The notes under the pieces: generated by a model
The model's input: the letters and a program-made list of their open reading frames with translations, nothing else
Databases searched by the model: none
What the model was told of the DNA's origin: nothing
Shown: positions 41,407 through 52,032 of the stretch, piece by piece
How the letters are laid out: every line of letters starts with the position of its first letter
How positions within the stretch are numbered: position 1 is the stretch's first letter
Assembly (NCBI GenBank): GCA_963783575.1
Contig: CAWAOD010000011.1
Coordinates: 96,001 to 160,000, forward strand
DNA from: an uncultured Spirochaetota bacterium
GTDB taxonomy: Bacteria; Spirochaetota; Brevinematia; Brevinematales; JAOACQ01
Direction: 5' to 3'
Length of the DNA: 64,000 nt
Program-made: the position numbers and the translations under genes

Positions 41407-42539
41407 GTGCTTAATTGCGTAAGTTAACGATAGTATTTCTTAATTGAGAACCTTTCACTTCCCGTTTTCTCCACACAAAAGGTTTTGCGGTTTCAGTGTA
41501 TGCTTTAACAAATGCATCTATTGCTTCTCTCAATTCTTCCGTGTTTTTAAAACTGGCGCCTCTAAGAGCTTTTCGGCTCATAATACCAAACCATATTTCC
41601 ACCTGATTTAACCAACTTGCCGAAGTAGGCGTGTAATGAAAAAAAACATTCTTATTCCGGGATAACCATTCATCGTTCTTTTTGTGAATACAATAATTGT
41701 CTAAAATTACATGAATTTCTTTATCTTTTGAAACATCTACCACCACTCTATCCATAAACTCAAGAAATTCAATACGTCTTTTGTATTCAGTAGTTTGGGT
41801 GTGTATTAACCCTGTAGCTACTTCCAGCGCAGCAAATAGGTTCAGCGTTCCATTTCTTTTATATGTACTTTTGTATCCTCTTACAATTTTTCCATTATCC
41901 GTCTCTACATAGCCGGTTGTCCTTTCCAACGCTTGAATACCAGGTTTTTCGTCTACAGATATAACCAATGCATTCATCGGCGGATTTAAATACAACCCAA
42001 TAATATTTGTGGCTTTTGTCGAAAATTCAGGATCAGTGCTGACACACCAACTTCGCTGTCGGGATAAGCAAATTCCTTCTTTTCTTAAAACCCTCCATAC
42101 CGCATGCGTTGATGTGTTTAAATGTTTTGCTAAAGCCGGACCATCCCAAATTGCCTGCCCGATAGGCGGTGTTTTTTCCAGAGTTTCTAAAACTTTGTCC
42201 CTGAAATTCTGCCCATATATTTTTGGCTTTCCTGACCTGGGCAGATCATACAATCCATCAATTCCTTTTTGCTGAAATCTTTTTTTCCAATCAATAACCG
42301 TATTTGGTCTTATGTGAAGGTCAGCCGCAATCTCAGATACATTTTGTCCTTTCAGGCTATTGACAATTATTTTCGCCCTCTCTACAAGTCGCGCTTCCAT
42401 AGTTCGGCTTCTCACCCAACTATCAAGAATAATTTCATCCGCTTTGGTGCATGTTATAACTTGCGTTTTCTTAGACATACAACCTCCTTTTTTATGTCTA
42501 AGATTATAATTAATAACGCTTATTATTGCAATTAAGCAC
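41407..42539 (-). mobile_element. IS630-family insertion sequence
   Basis: TIRs GTGCTTAATTGC/GCAATTAAGCAC; TA duplication (41405-41406, 42540-42541) in a CTAG site. Confidence 0.93.
41411..42478 (-). CDS. IS630 transposase, apparently intact
   Basis: HTH N-terminus, DLPRSGKP, VDEK, ILDN, YTPTSASWLNQVEIWF. Confidence 0.93.
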   Translation of the reverse strand: MSKKTQVITCTKADEIILDSWVRSRTMEARLVERAKIIVNSLKGQNVSEIAADLHIRPNTVIDWKKRFQQKGIDGLYDLPRSGKPKIYGQNFRDKVLETLEKTPPIGQAIWDGPALAKHLNTSTHAVWRVLRKEGICLSRQRSWCVSTDPEFSTKATNIIGLYLNPPMNALVISVDEKPGIQALERTTGYVETDNGKIVRGYKSTYKRNGTLNLFAALEVATGLIHTQTTEYKRRIEFLEFMDRVVVDVSKDKEIHVILDNYCIHKKNDEWLSRNKNVFFHYTPTSASWLNQVEIWFGIMSRKALRGASFKNTEELREAIDAFVKAYTETAKPFVWRKREVKGSQLRNTIVNLRN

Positions 42540-43171
42540 TAGTACAAAAAAGCTTCCTGTAAATTTTACTGACTGGCCGTCATTTACCAGAATAGATCCA
42601 AAGCGAGGCTCCGTTATGGAATGGGAAGAAACTTACGATACGAATGCATCGATTTATAAAAATAATGAAAATGCTTACTATCCTTACTATTTTCAATATA
42701 AATATTTTCCCGAAAAAGGTTATGTTGATGAGTTTATAAAATCAATAAAAGGGAATCAAACTTCCGATGTAAAATATCATGTGAAAGTGAATCCTGATTT
42801 TCCGATATGGGATCAAATTTCATTCGGATTTCATTCTGCGCGCTTTATAGATGCAAAGAGCGGAGGCATTGCGTATATGATTGCTCCTTTTATGATAAAA
42901 GATCCTGCACCGGTCACTTTCAAATATATTTCAACCGAAACAATTAAAACAAAAGCCGGGGTTTTCCGTGCAAATAAAATCAATATTGTTGTTGCGGACG
43001 CTTTCATTGGTAAACTTATGGAGCAGGTGATGAAAACCTCGGCGCTCTGGATCGAAGATTCCGATAGAAGGATTCTTTTAAAAGTACAATTGATGGGAAA
43101 TGATACAATTTTAGAGGATATTTCAAACGTTAAATAATATAATTTAGAATAATTAATTTATGGAGTAAAAT

Positions 43172-43858
43172 ATGGCTATTGAAATCAAGACAATTAATAC
43201 AGGAGTGAATTGCTATCTTCTTAAAACCGGATTAGATTTTTTCCTGATTGATACCGGTTTTTCCTCAAAAAAAGCATTGTTAGTCAATGAACTTGAGAAC
43301 GCCGGCTGCAATCCGGGCAACCTTAAACTTATCATTTTAACTCATGGCGATATTGATCATACAGGCAATTGCGCTTATTTAAGGGAAAAATACGGCACAA
43401 AAATAGTAATGCATAATGATGATACCGGAATGGCGGAAAACGGCGATATGAGTTTAAACAGGAAAAATAAGCCGGATAAAGTCTCTATAATTTTCAGATT
43501 AATTGGAGTTTTTTTCGGCGGTTCTATAAAATATGATAAATTTAAACCGGACATTATTATTGAGGGCGGGCAGGATCTTTCCGAATTTGGCTACAATGCA
43601 AGAATAATTCATATTCCAGGGCACTCAAAAGGTTCAATCGGCATTCTGACAGCCGAGGGAAGTCTGTTTTGCGGTGATCTGCTTATTAATTTCATTAAGC
43701 CGGGTTTTCATTTTTATATTGACAGTATGGCCGATGCAAAATCAAGCATTGAAAAACTATCAAAATTTAAAATTGATACCGTCTACCCCGGGCATGGCAG
43801 GCCATTCATCTGGGAGAAATTTCTGAAAAATTATCATAAGAAAAATAATAAGAAATAA
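43172..43858 (+). CDS. MBL-fold metallo-hydrolase
   Basis: LIDTG, THGDIDH, PGHSKGS, CGD, YPGHG. Confidence 0.88.
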   Translation: MAIEIKTINTGVNCYLLKTGLDFFLIDTGFSSKKALLVNELENAGCNPGNLKLIILTHGDIDHTGNCAYLREKYGTKIVMHNDDTGMAENGDMSLNRKNKPDKVSIIFRLIGVFFGGSIKYDKFKPDIIIEGGQDLSEFGYNARIIHIPGHSKGSIGILTAEGSLFCGDLLINFIKPGFHFYIDSMADAKSSIEKLSKFKIDTVYPGHGRPFIWEKFLKNYHKKNNKK

Positions 43859-43922
43859 TTTTCCATTAATAATTATTATTTATAAATTCCGTGTTAAACT
43901 CTTTTAATGATTGGAGAAGTAA

Positions 43923-44603
43923 ATGTTTAATGAAATTAAAACAATCAATTTGGGTGGAGTAAACTGCTACCTGATAAAAACTGCCGATGGATTTATTTTG
44001 ATTGATACAGGCTTTCCATTTAACCGTGATAATCTATTAAAAGAACTTGAAAAGGAAGGCTGTTTACCGGGTACCCTCAAACTTGTTGTTTTAACTCACC
44101 GCGATTGGGATCACACCGGCAGCGCCGCTTATCTTAAGGAAAAATATAAAACCAGAATAGCCATACATAAAGCCGACGCCGGCGGTGAACAGCTCATAAA
44201 AAGGAAAATGAAGCCGTTTTACCTGATGATATTAATGATACCTAAGATTATGAAAATTTTACCGAAAATACGGGAATATCCCCTTGAACGGTTTGAAACG
44301 GATTTGTTTCTGGAAGATGGTATGAGCCTCTTGGATTATGGTTTCGATGCCGAAATACTCCATCTCCCCGGTCATACAAAAGGATCAATCGCAGTTTTAA
44401 CTGGAAATAGCGATCTCTTTTGCGGCGATATAATCCAGGATTCTTATTTAAAAAAAGGGAAACCGGTTTTTGCCCAGATCTTCGAAGATGAAAAGAAACT
44501 CATTTTAAGCATTGAAAGACTGAAGCAGCAAAATATCAAAACTGTTTACCCGGGGCATGGTAAACCGTTTGCATGGGAAAAGTTTCTTGAAAATTATAAA
44601 TAA
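43923..44603 (+). CDS. MBL-fold metallo-hydrolase (paralog of the upstream gene)
   Basis: LIDTG, THRDWDH, PGHTKGS, CGD, YPGHG. Confidence 0.88.
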   Translation: MFNEIKTINLGGVNCYLIKTADGFILIDTGFPFNRDNLLKELEKEGCLPGTLKLVVLTHRDWDHTGSAAYLKEKYKTRIAIHKADAGGEQLIKRKMKPFYLMILMIPKIMKILPKIREYPLERFETDLFLEDGMSLLDYGFDAEILHLPGHTKGSIAVLTGNSDLFCGDIIQDSYLKKGKPVFAQIFEDEKKLILSIERLKQQNIKTVYPGHGKPFAWEKFLENYK

Positions 44604-44720
44604 AAAAGAAAGTTATATTGCTATAAACTCAAAAGCTGCCATCTGAGTAAATAATTCAATTATGATTTACAAGGCTTTGGAAAGATATAAAAATGAGAAT
44701 TTGCTGATTGGAGGCATTAT

Positions 44721-45137
44721 ATGAACATAAAGGTGTTTTATCAATCAAAGACTGGAAATACAAAAAAGGTGGCTGATGCGATGGCTGCAGCAGCGGGTTG
44801 TGAAGCCCTGCCGACGGCTAATGCCCATCAACCGGTCGAAGCTGATTTATTGCTTATTGGAGGGGCGGTTTACGCAATCTATGACCATGATATCCATCCG
44901 GATTTAAAGCGGTTTATCGGCAGCCTTGATTCCCGAAAAATTAAAAGGGCGGCGGTTTTCTGTACCGGTTTTCAGGAAGCGGCAAATAATATTATGAAGA
45001 ACCTGTTAGAAAAAAGAGGCATTCCAGTGGAGAAGGAAAGTTTTACCTGTAAAGGTAAATTTCTTCTTTTTAATTTTGGACATCCCGACAAAGTAGATCT
45101 GAATAATGCGAAAGAGTTTATCGGAAGGTTTTTGTGA
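44721..45137 (+). CDS. Flavodoxin-like protein
   Basis: YQSKTGNTKKVADAMA FMN loop. Confidence 0.85.
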   Translation: MNIKVFYQSKTGNTKKVADAMAAAAGCEALPTANAHQPVEADLLLIGGAVYAIYDHDIHPDLKRFIGSLDSRKIKRAAVFCTGFQEAANNIMKNLLEKRGIPVEKESFTCKGKFLLFNFGHPDKVDLNNAKEFIGRFL

Positions 45138-45152
45138 TGCAGGAGCTTTAAT

Positions 45153-45620
45153 ATGAATATAGGTATTATCGTTTTTTCAGGAACAGGAAATACCCTTTCT
45201 GTTGCACAAAAGCTTAAAGAAAAATTATCATCAATTGGTCATACCGCAGTCCTGGAACAGATTAAGGTTTCGGGTTATAATCCGCGGAAAATTGGCAATT
45301 TTCAATTTACCGATGTGCCCGATGCCGGACGGTATGATGCGATTGTTTTTACGGCCCCCGTGCAGGCTTTTTCTCTGTCACCGGTTATGAAAAAATATTT
45401 TGAACGGTCCGGTTCACTGAAGGGCAAGAAGGCTGCCTGCCTGGTAACACAATATTTTCCATTTTCCTGGATGGGCGGCAGGCAGGCGATCGGCTGGATG
45501 AAAAATTTCTGTGTATCCAAAGGCATTGAAGTCCTGGGAACAGGGATAGTGAATTGGTCAAAAAAAGACCGCGATCATCAAATAGTTGAAGTAGTCGACC
45601 GGTTAAGCGGATTATTTTAA
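45153..45620 (+). CDS. Flavodoxin-like protein
   Basis: FSGTGNTLSVAQKL FMN loop. Confidence 0.85.
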   Translation: MNIGIIVFSGTGNTLSVAQKLKEKLSSIGHTAVLEQIKVSGYNPRKIGNFQFTDVPDAGRYDAIVFTAPVQAFSLSPVMKKYFERSGSLKGKKAACLVTQYFPFSWMGGRQAIGWMKNFCVSKGIEVLGTGIVNWSKKDRDHQIVEVVDRLSGLF

Positions 45621-45645
45621 CAAACATGCTACTTAAAGGAAAAAT

Positions 45646-46389
45646 ATGAATGCAAAAAAGAATGAACTTAATTCTGATATAGTTGATTCACCATGGAAGG
45701 TTATATGCAGGATCGGGGGGATAGCTGCTATTATTTTTATTGTTTATTCCCTTGTCACTTTCATAGTTTTATTTAAATTAGGCGCAGGCACCGATACCGT
45801 TTTGGAGTATTATACTTTGTTGCATAATAATAGAATTGAGGGCCTTTTAAAGCTCGATATACTGACCGCTATATGCATGCCGCTGTATTACCTGCTATTT
45901 TTTGGGATCTACGCTGCGCTCAGGAAAACCGAGGGAGCGCTTACAGCTCTGGGTACGATTTTTATATTCATAGGGGTTACACTTTTCCTTGCTACACCTT
46001 CCGTTTTTTCTATGGCATACTTAAGTGATCAATATGCTGCGGCTATCACCGATTCACAAAGATCACAGCTCCTGGCGGCGGGAGAAGCCGTAATGGCTTC
46101 AGATATGTGGCATGGCACCGGGGCTCGCATCGGCGGTTTTATCATTGAAAGTGCCGCCCTGTTTATATCATTTGTTATGTTTCGGAGCAAGGTTTTTGGG
46201 AAATTGACGGCTTATGTTGGAATTATTACTAACGGTCTCGACCTGATACATATTATTGTAAACGTTTTCCAGCCGGGTATCGGCTCTGTTCTTATGGCCA
46301 TCTCCGGTACGCTATATCTTGCCTGGTTTCCGCTGTTAGCCTGGAGGCTTTTACAATTAGGGCATATTGATAGAAAAGGCATTTCATAA
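45646..46389 (+). CDS. Membrane protein, DUF4386-like
   Basis: About 6 TMs; LSDQYAAA...QLLAAGEA; FRSKVFGK. Confidence 0.6.
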   Translation: MNAKKNELNSDIVDSPWKVICRIGGIAAIIFIVYSLVTFIVLFKLGAGTDTVLEYYTLLHNNRIEGLLKLDILTAICMPLYYLLFFGIYAALRKTEGALTALGTIFIFIGVTLFLATPSVFSMAYLSDQYAAAITDSQRSQLLAAGEAVMASDMWHGTGARIGGFIIESAALFISFVMFRSKVFGKLTAYVGIITNGLDLIHIIVNVFQPGIGSVLMAISGTLYLAWFPLLAWRLLQLGHIDRKGIS

Positions 46390-46503
46390 TAAAAACGGCA
46401 ATATATAAAAAGAGTTTCTAACACAAGGTTGTGTTTTTAAATGCAACCTTGTGTTAGAAGACTGGAGAATACAGTTGATGAGATGGCAAATGGAGGAAAT
46501 TTT

Positions 46504-47362
46504 ATGAACCGGCTATTAAAAATTTTTATCGGGGGCCTTTTTTTAATTTTGTTTTTCACAGCCGGCGCTTTTTCGATGGGAAACAACAAGCTTGTTCCAA
46601 TGAAGTTATATCCGGCAGTTGATATTCCCGACGGGGAGTTCCTTCATTACGGATTTTTATCCGCAGGAGAAAAGTCTTCGGACTATTATTTTGTTACCAG
46701 AAAGATAACTGACGGGAAAGGAGGTTTTTTTTACCGTTGTTATGAGGACATAATTTCAATTTCAAGCCGCAGGAAACCCGATAAAAATTATACCAGCTGG
46801 CCAATTTATTATGATATTGACCCTAAACTCGGTTCGGTTATAAGCTCGGTGGGAAATTTGACCGCTGAAGACACTAAAGATTGGCCCAAAGCCCCCTCCG
46901 GAGAAATCTTTTTATCCTGGAATTACCGGCTGGACAATGATAAAGGCACAGTGGAATACAGTTCAAAAATGCTAAAAGGCAAAGAAACAAACGAGAGTAA
47001 ATCCCTTGTGAAATTCAGCACCGGTTTTCCCAGCACCGACCAGTGGGGGGGATCAACATTATTCCGTCTATTAGACCCCCGAAGCGGCGGCGTATATTAT
47101 GTAATTACCGCGATGTATATGAAGGAGCCAATGCCGTTTACCATAAAATATATTTCTACAGAAACCATTGAAACGAAAGCCGGGACTTTCCGTGTAGACA
47201 AATTGAATAACCTACCCGGAGACCCATTTCTTGGAAAAACTTCTGGAACCGATGATGAAGACTTCAGGATACTGGATTGAGGATTCAAAAAGGAGACTTC
47301 TTGTAAAAGATGAGATGGTGGGGGCCGGTGTTATACTTGAAGAAATTTCAAATGTAAAATAA
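46504..47362 (+). pseudogene. Exported protein, paralog 6 (+1 A at 47235-47239; may be a sequencing error)
   Basis: Removing one A restores GKLLEPMMKTSGYWIEDSKRRLLVK...LEEISNVK* ending at 47362. Confidence 0.8.
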
Positions 47363-47483
47363 CCCAGGTAAGCTGTTATATTCGATATTTTGAGTTTAAT
47401 GTTTCTCTTCATTACAATATATATAGTTTGCAATAAACCAATCGGTCAACTCAGTAAATCAAATAAAATCAGGCGGTTATAGT

Positions 47484-48360
47484 ATGAAACAAGGATTGCG
47501 AGTATTATTTGTCTTATCATTATTAATAACGGTTTTTATGTTCGATTCCTGTTCAAAGAAAGGCATAAACTTTATTCCCAAGAAAGTATTTTCAGTTATT
47601 AATATCCCCGATGGTGAGTTCCTTCATTATGGCACTTATTTCGGCGGAGATAAAATCCTTGATCAATATTTTGTTACAAAGATAGAAACAAATTTAAACG
47701 GAGGCATTAATTTCAGAATTTACTGTAATTTTATATCCGTTTCGGATACTAAAAATAATCCAGGATATTTTACTAACTGGCCGATGGTAATGATAATCGA
47801 TGCGGCAAGCGGTTCCGTTATTGAATCGGAAGGAAAATTAAGCACAAACACCTTGCAGTTGCAGGCATTTGAAGAAGCCGGAATCAGGGGCCTGGTCTAC
47901 TGGCATTATCAATTATTCCAGAATAAAGGATATGTTGATTATACCTCAAAATCTTTAAAGGGCGAAGAAACGGTAACAAAGAGATTCAAGATTTATGTAA
48001 AACCCGGTTTTCCGCTTTTTGACGCTTTTTCAATCAATATATTTTCAAACCGGCTTATCGATCCGGACAGCCCGGGAATCATGTACTCGGATTATCCCGA
48101 ATTTTTTTAAGGAACCTTTGCCTATTTCAACCGGGATTGAAAAAAAAGAAATTGTAACGACTAAAGCGGGAACATTTAAGGTAAATATAATAAATACAAT
48201 TGTCGGGGACGCTTTTATCAACGCGCTTGTGGGCCCTGTTTTAAAAAACACCAGCCACCTGGTTGAGGACTCGGACAGAAGGCGTATAATAAAACGGGAG
48301 GTTCCGGGAGGGGGGACTGTTCTTGAAGAGATTTCAAACGTGAATGTAAACCGGCCGTAA
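47484..48360 (+). pseudogene. Exported protein, paralog 7, lipoprotein-type signal (+1 frameshift near 48090-48108)
   Basis: FMFDS-C lipobox-like; continues as IIPNFFKEPLP...TKAGTF...VEDSDRR...EEISN in the next frame. Confidence 0.8.
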
Positions 48361-48365
48361 TAAAA

Positions 48366-48456
48366 GTCACCCTGAGCCCCTTCCCTTCGACTATCGCTCA
48401 GGGAAAGCTACTCAGGACAGGTAATTGTAACCATACTTCGTCAGGCTCAGTATGAC
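48366..48456. repeat. REP-like nested palindrome
   Basis: GTCACCCTGAGCC...GGCTCAGTATGAC outer imperfect IR; inner CCCTTCGACTATCGCTCAGGG. Confidence 0.65.
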
Positions 48457-48551
48457 GATGGCAGTAATAAATGAGTTTTAGAATTGCCCTAAAAAAAATA
48501 ATGTGAAGGTTCATACTCGCATAAATCATCTCTTAAGAAGGATTAATAATA

Positions 48552-49469
48552 ATGGAATATCTGTTTACCGCGGCTTTTCTGATTTTGTGGATTTTATGCG
48601 CGGTTGCTCTATCTTTTTCGCTATTTTTTTCTTATAAAACCGGGAACCGGATATGGAAATTTTATTCAATATTCTATGTCTATCTGAATATTAAAATATT
48701 TTTTCATTTAATCCAGATTTATTTAAAATCCAGCCTTCCTCTTGAAAATATTTCCCAAATTTACTGGTTTGGAATTCATTCCGATGTGTCTTTACTTTTA
48801 TGCCTGTCTTTTCCAATTCTATTTCAAACTTTGACGGATGTTCCGGGCAGGAAAATACTGAACAGAATCTGCGGCATATTTTTGATATTGATTGCTCTTA
48901 TAGAAATGAATCCTTATCTGGTACAATTGATATACGGGCCTGACTCATACTTCTTTTCAATTCCTTACCTGGATAACATTTTACTTTTCCTTTCCGCCAT
49001 ATATAATTTTATAATATTTCTCTTTAATTACGGAAAAATCAAACTTTCTGAACAGAAACGGTCTGCCGTAAGCCTTCTCGCTCTATTTATGTTTTTCTTG
49101 ATTGACCACTTTTTTATTTTATTGCGGCTGTTTTTCAATCCATTAAATATCATTATGAGCTGTTTCAACATTCTGTTTTATGTCACCTGGAATATCGTCT
49201 TTTTCCGTTATCTCATTCAGGGTTTTATCAGAATTCCTGATAATTTAATGGGTATCAACCTTGAACATTCTTTTATAAAAAGATACAACCTGACGGATCG
49301 GGAAAGTGAAATTGTGAATATGCTGATTCAGGGAAAAACCAATCCATCCATCGGTGAAAAACTGTTTTTATCGATTAAAACCGTTAAAAACCATATTTAT
49401 AAAATTTACCGGAAAACAGGTGTAAAGAGCCGTATTGAACTGGCTTATCTGATTAAAAACATGAAATAA
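48552..49469 (+). CDS. Membrane-anchored LuxR-family regulator #3
   Basis: About 7 TMs, then YNLTDRESEIV...LSIKTVKNHIYKIYRKTGVKSRIEL; HTH closely resembles #1. Confidence 0.9.
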   Translation: MEYLFTAAFLILWILCAVALSFSLFFSYKTGNRIWKFYSIFYVYLNIKIFFHLIQIYLKSSLPLENISQIYWFGIHSDVSLLLCLSFPILFQTLTDVPGRKILNRICGIFLILIALIEMNPYLVQLIYGPDSYFFSIPYLDNILLFLSAIYNFIIFLFNYGKIKLSEQKRSAVSLLALFMFFLIDHFFILLRLFFNPLNIIMSCFNILFYVTWNIVFFRYLIQGFIRIPDNLMGINLEHSFIKRYNLTDRESEIVNMLIQGKTNPSIGEKLFLSIKTVKNHIYKIYRKTGVKSRIELAYLIKNMK

Positions 49470-49489
49470 TAAATAGATAAAATAAAAAA

Positions 49490-49556
49490 AGGACTATTGT
49501 CCTATCAGTAACATACCAAAGTCCCATTGATTTTCGAGACTCTCAGAAATTATAAT
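49490..49556 (+). promoter_or_regulatory. Palindromic operator and promoter of paralog 8
   Basis: AGGACTATTGTCCT (49490-49503), TTGATT, TATAAT at 49551; 61-nt offset to the -10 box, as at 35370. Confidence 0.6.
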
Positions 49557-49583
49557 TAATGCAGGTTTCGGGGAGGCAGTTTT

Positions 49584-50450
49584 ATGAATATTAGATTCGT
49601 TTTTGTTACAGGATTATTTTCACTTATGATCGGTTCGCTGACAACGGTTTATCCGATGGGTGGTAAAGTTAAAATATTTCCTATGAAAACATATTCCTAT
49701 ATCAATATTCCCGATGGTGAATTTCTCGATTATGGGGTTTATACTGGCGGAGTAAAGAAAGAGGATATTTATTATGTTATAAAAAAGGAAACTAATGCCA
49801 AAGGAGGTATTTATTACCGTATTTATACTGATACAATATCTATTACGAATAATAAACTGATCCGGAAAAATTACACGAACTGGCCGGGATTTTCCATTAT
49901 TGATCCAAAACAGGGGGCGGTTATTGAAGCGGAGAAGTACTTCGACACTAACTCTCTAGCAGATTTCAGCGCTGTCGGGGGTAATATCTTCTATTATCAT
50001 TATCAGTTAAATGATGACAGAGGTTATGTGGATTTTGTATCGAAAACAAAAAGCAAGGAGGATGTCATATCAACAACGCACAGCAGGGTAAATGTTCAAT
50101 CCGGTTCCCCTGTGTGGGATAGAGGATCGATGTGGATGTTTTCTACGCGATTTATGGACTTTAAAAGCGTAGGGGTAGTGTTTTTGATTGTCCCGGAGGT
50201 CTTAAAAACACCTTTATCCTGTACATTTACGTTTATTTCAAAGGAAACCATTTCGACTAAAGCGGGAACATTCCGGGTTAATAAGGTAGGTTTTATGGTT
50301 TCGGATCCTTTTCTTATGAAGCTGATGGGCTGGATGGCAAAAGATGTATACTCATATGTGGATGAATCTGACAGGAGAATTATGGTAAAAACTCATACTC
50401 CATCCTCTGAATGGGTGCTTGAGGAGATTTCTAATGTGAATTTGAGATAG
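49584..50450 (+). CDS. Exported protein, paralog 8
   Basis: IPDGEFLDYG, IDPKQG, TKAGTF, SDPFL, ESDRR, EEISN. Confidence 0.85.
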   Translation: MNIRFVFVTGLFSLMIGSLTTVYPMGGKVKIFPMKTYSYINIPDGEFLDYGVYTGGVKKEDIYYVIKKETNAKGGIYYRIYTDTISITNNKLIRKNYTNWPGFSIIDPKQGAVIEAEKYFDTNSLADFSAVGGNIFYYHYQLNDDRGYVDFVSKTKSKEDVISTTHSRVNVQSGSPVWDRGSMWMFSTRFMDFKSVGVVFLIVPEVLKTPLSCTFTFISKETISTKAGTFRVNKVGFMVSDPFLMKLMGWMAKDVYSYVDESDRRIMVKTHTPSSEWVLEEISNVNLR

Positions 50451-50979
50451 TCAACAGTTAATAAAACAAAGAGTTATCTGCTGACTTCTAACGACATACA
50501 CGGCAGATTATCACTTTTATTAATCAGCCTGTTAATTCTTCTGCTTCTGAAATACGAGTTTAAATTAAACTTGAGTACTTTATTCATTTTTCTTGGATTC
50601 AGCCTTAATTTTATTTTTAATGTCATTGTTTTTCAATAAAATCTTTTTTCGATTCGACAGATGGAGGCTTAAATTGTAAAATTAATGGATTTTATTATGG
50701 GTCATACTCATTTCCAGCATATTCCACGCTGCCTTGATAAGCAGTAAATTTCAATATTTTAAATTAAATTCGGTATATGGGATAAAATCCCTATTGTTTT
50801 AAATATGATAATAATGTAAAATATTGTAATTCAATTCAGACCAACTAATTTTACTAATTAGCAAGAATTGGTATAATTTGTGCAATTTGTGGCACATATT
50901 AATACTGAAAAGAAAATATATAAGAGGGCATCATAGTAGCTATGTGAGACAAAAACTTTATCCGGAAGGTTGATAAATT

Positions 50980-51837
50980 ATGATCAAAAGTTGGAAATTC
51001 GCCGCTGAAATTTTAATAATAATACTGATTCATACTGCTTCAGCATTTTCAATGGGAAATAAAACGCTTCCGATGAAGACTTATACAGGTACGGAAATTA
51101 CCGAAGCAGAGTTTCTCCATTACTGTCAGTATTTTGGCGGAGAAAGGGATTCGGATTATTATTATGTAACGAGAACTGAAACGAATGGAAAAGGTGGATT
51201 ATATTACCGGGTATACTACATAACCATTCCGGTATCTGAGGGAAAAAAGCCGCCGGAGAATTATTCAAACTGGCCTTCATTTTTTGTAATTGACCCAAAA
51301 ACCGGTTCCATTATTGAATCGGAATTCAAACTCAATCCCAATGATTCGATAAAATGGGCAAAAGGCGGGCTGGGATATTTAATATACGGGCATTATAAAT
51401 TATTCCACGATAAAGGTTATGTCGAGTATTTTTCAAAAAAAAAGACGGATTATGGAACCAATGAGACAAGGTACATTGTAAGGTTCAATACTGATATTCC
51501 AAGCGGGGATGTTTCCGGCGTGTATTTCCAGCCTCGTTTTCTGGATCCCCTAAATACAGGTGTTTATTATAAAATCATTCCGGAATTTATGAAGGATGCA
51601 ATGCCTGTTACTATGAAATTTTTATCAAAAGAAACAATTAAGGTTAAAGCTGGAACTTTCCGGGTGAATAAATATAGCATTGTAATGGCCGATCCCTTTG
51701 TTGGAAAACTTGTCGAATCCGTTATGAAAAATTCGATAATAATGATTGAGGTTTCAGAAAGAAGACTTGTAGTTAAATCCGATATTCCCGGAGGCTATGT
51801 TGAACTTGAAGAGATTTCAAATATAAACAAGAGATAG
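50980..51837 (+). CDS. Exported protein, paralog 9
   Basis: Family motifs; near-identical stretches with paralog 4. Confidence 0.85.
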   Translation: MIKSWKFAAEILIIILIHTASAFSMGNKTLPMKTYTGTEITEAEFLHYCQYFGGERDSDYYYVTRTETNGKGGLYYRVYYITIPVSEGKKPPENYSNWPSFFVIDPKTGSIIESEFKLNPNDSIKWAKGGLGYLIYGHYKLFHDKGYVEYFSKKKTDYGTNETRYIVRFNTDIPSGDVSGVYFQPRFLDPLNTGVYYKIIPEFMKDAMPVTMKFLSKETIKVKAGTFRVNKYSIVMADPFVGKLVESVMKNSIIMIEVSERRLVVKSDIPGGYVELEEISNINKR

Positions 51838-52032
51838 ACGACGATATTACAATACCGACTAATAAGATCGAGATCCTGTTTTGAATCATACCTGATAGAA
51901 TGGCAACTTCTTATCGGTTTAGGCGATACAATGGGCAAAAGAAAGGGAAAATCTGAAAAAATTAAAAATAAAAACCGTTTATCCGGGGTATGGAAATAAA
52001 TTTTATTCTTTCATTAAACTGGGAGGTTTACT

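Larger units (their letters stand above)
41145..43137 (+). pseudogene. Exported protein, paralog 5, interrupted by IS630
   Basis: Removing the IS and one TA rejoins ...DQISLS-STKKLPVNFTDWP... in frame. Confidence 0.9.

Noticed and set aside
40048..44603. MBL-fold genes as true beta-lactamases
   Set aside because: Only the generic fold motifs are visible; substrate cannot be assigned from the sequence.
46504..48360. Frameshifts in paralogs 6 and 7 as programmed phase variation
   Set aside because: The homopolymers are short (A5, T7) and similar indels riddle the oxidase operon, so sequencing error or simple decay is more parsimonious.
50451..50979. Possible gene remnant or ncRNA in a 500-nt gap
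   Set aside because: Only short AT-rich hydrophobic-looking frames; no motif or stable structure I can support.
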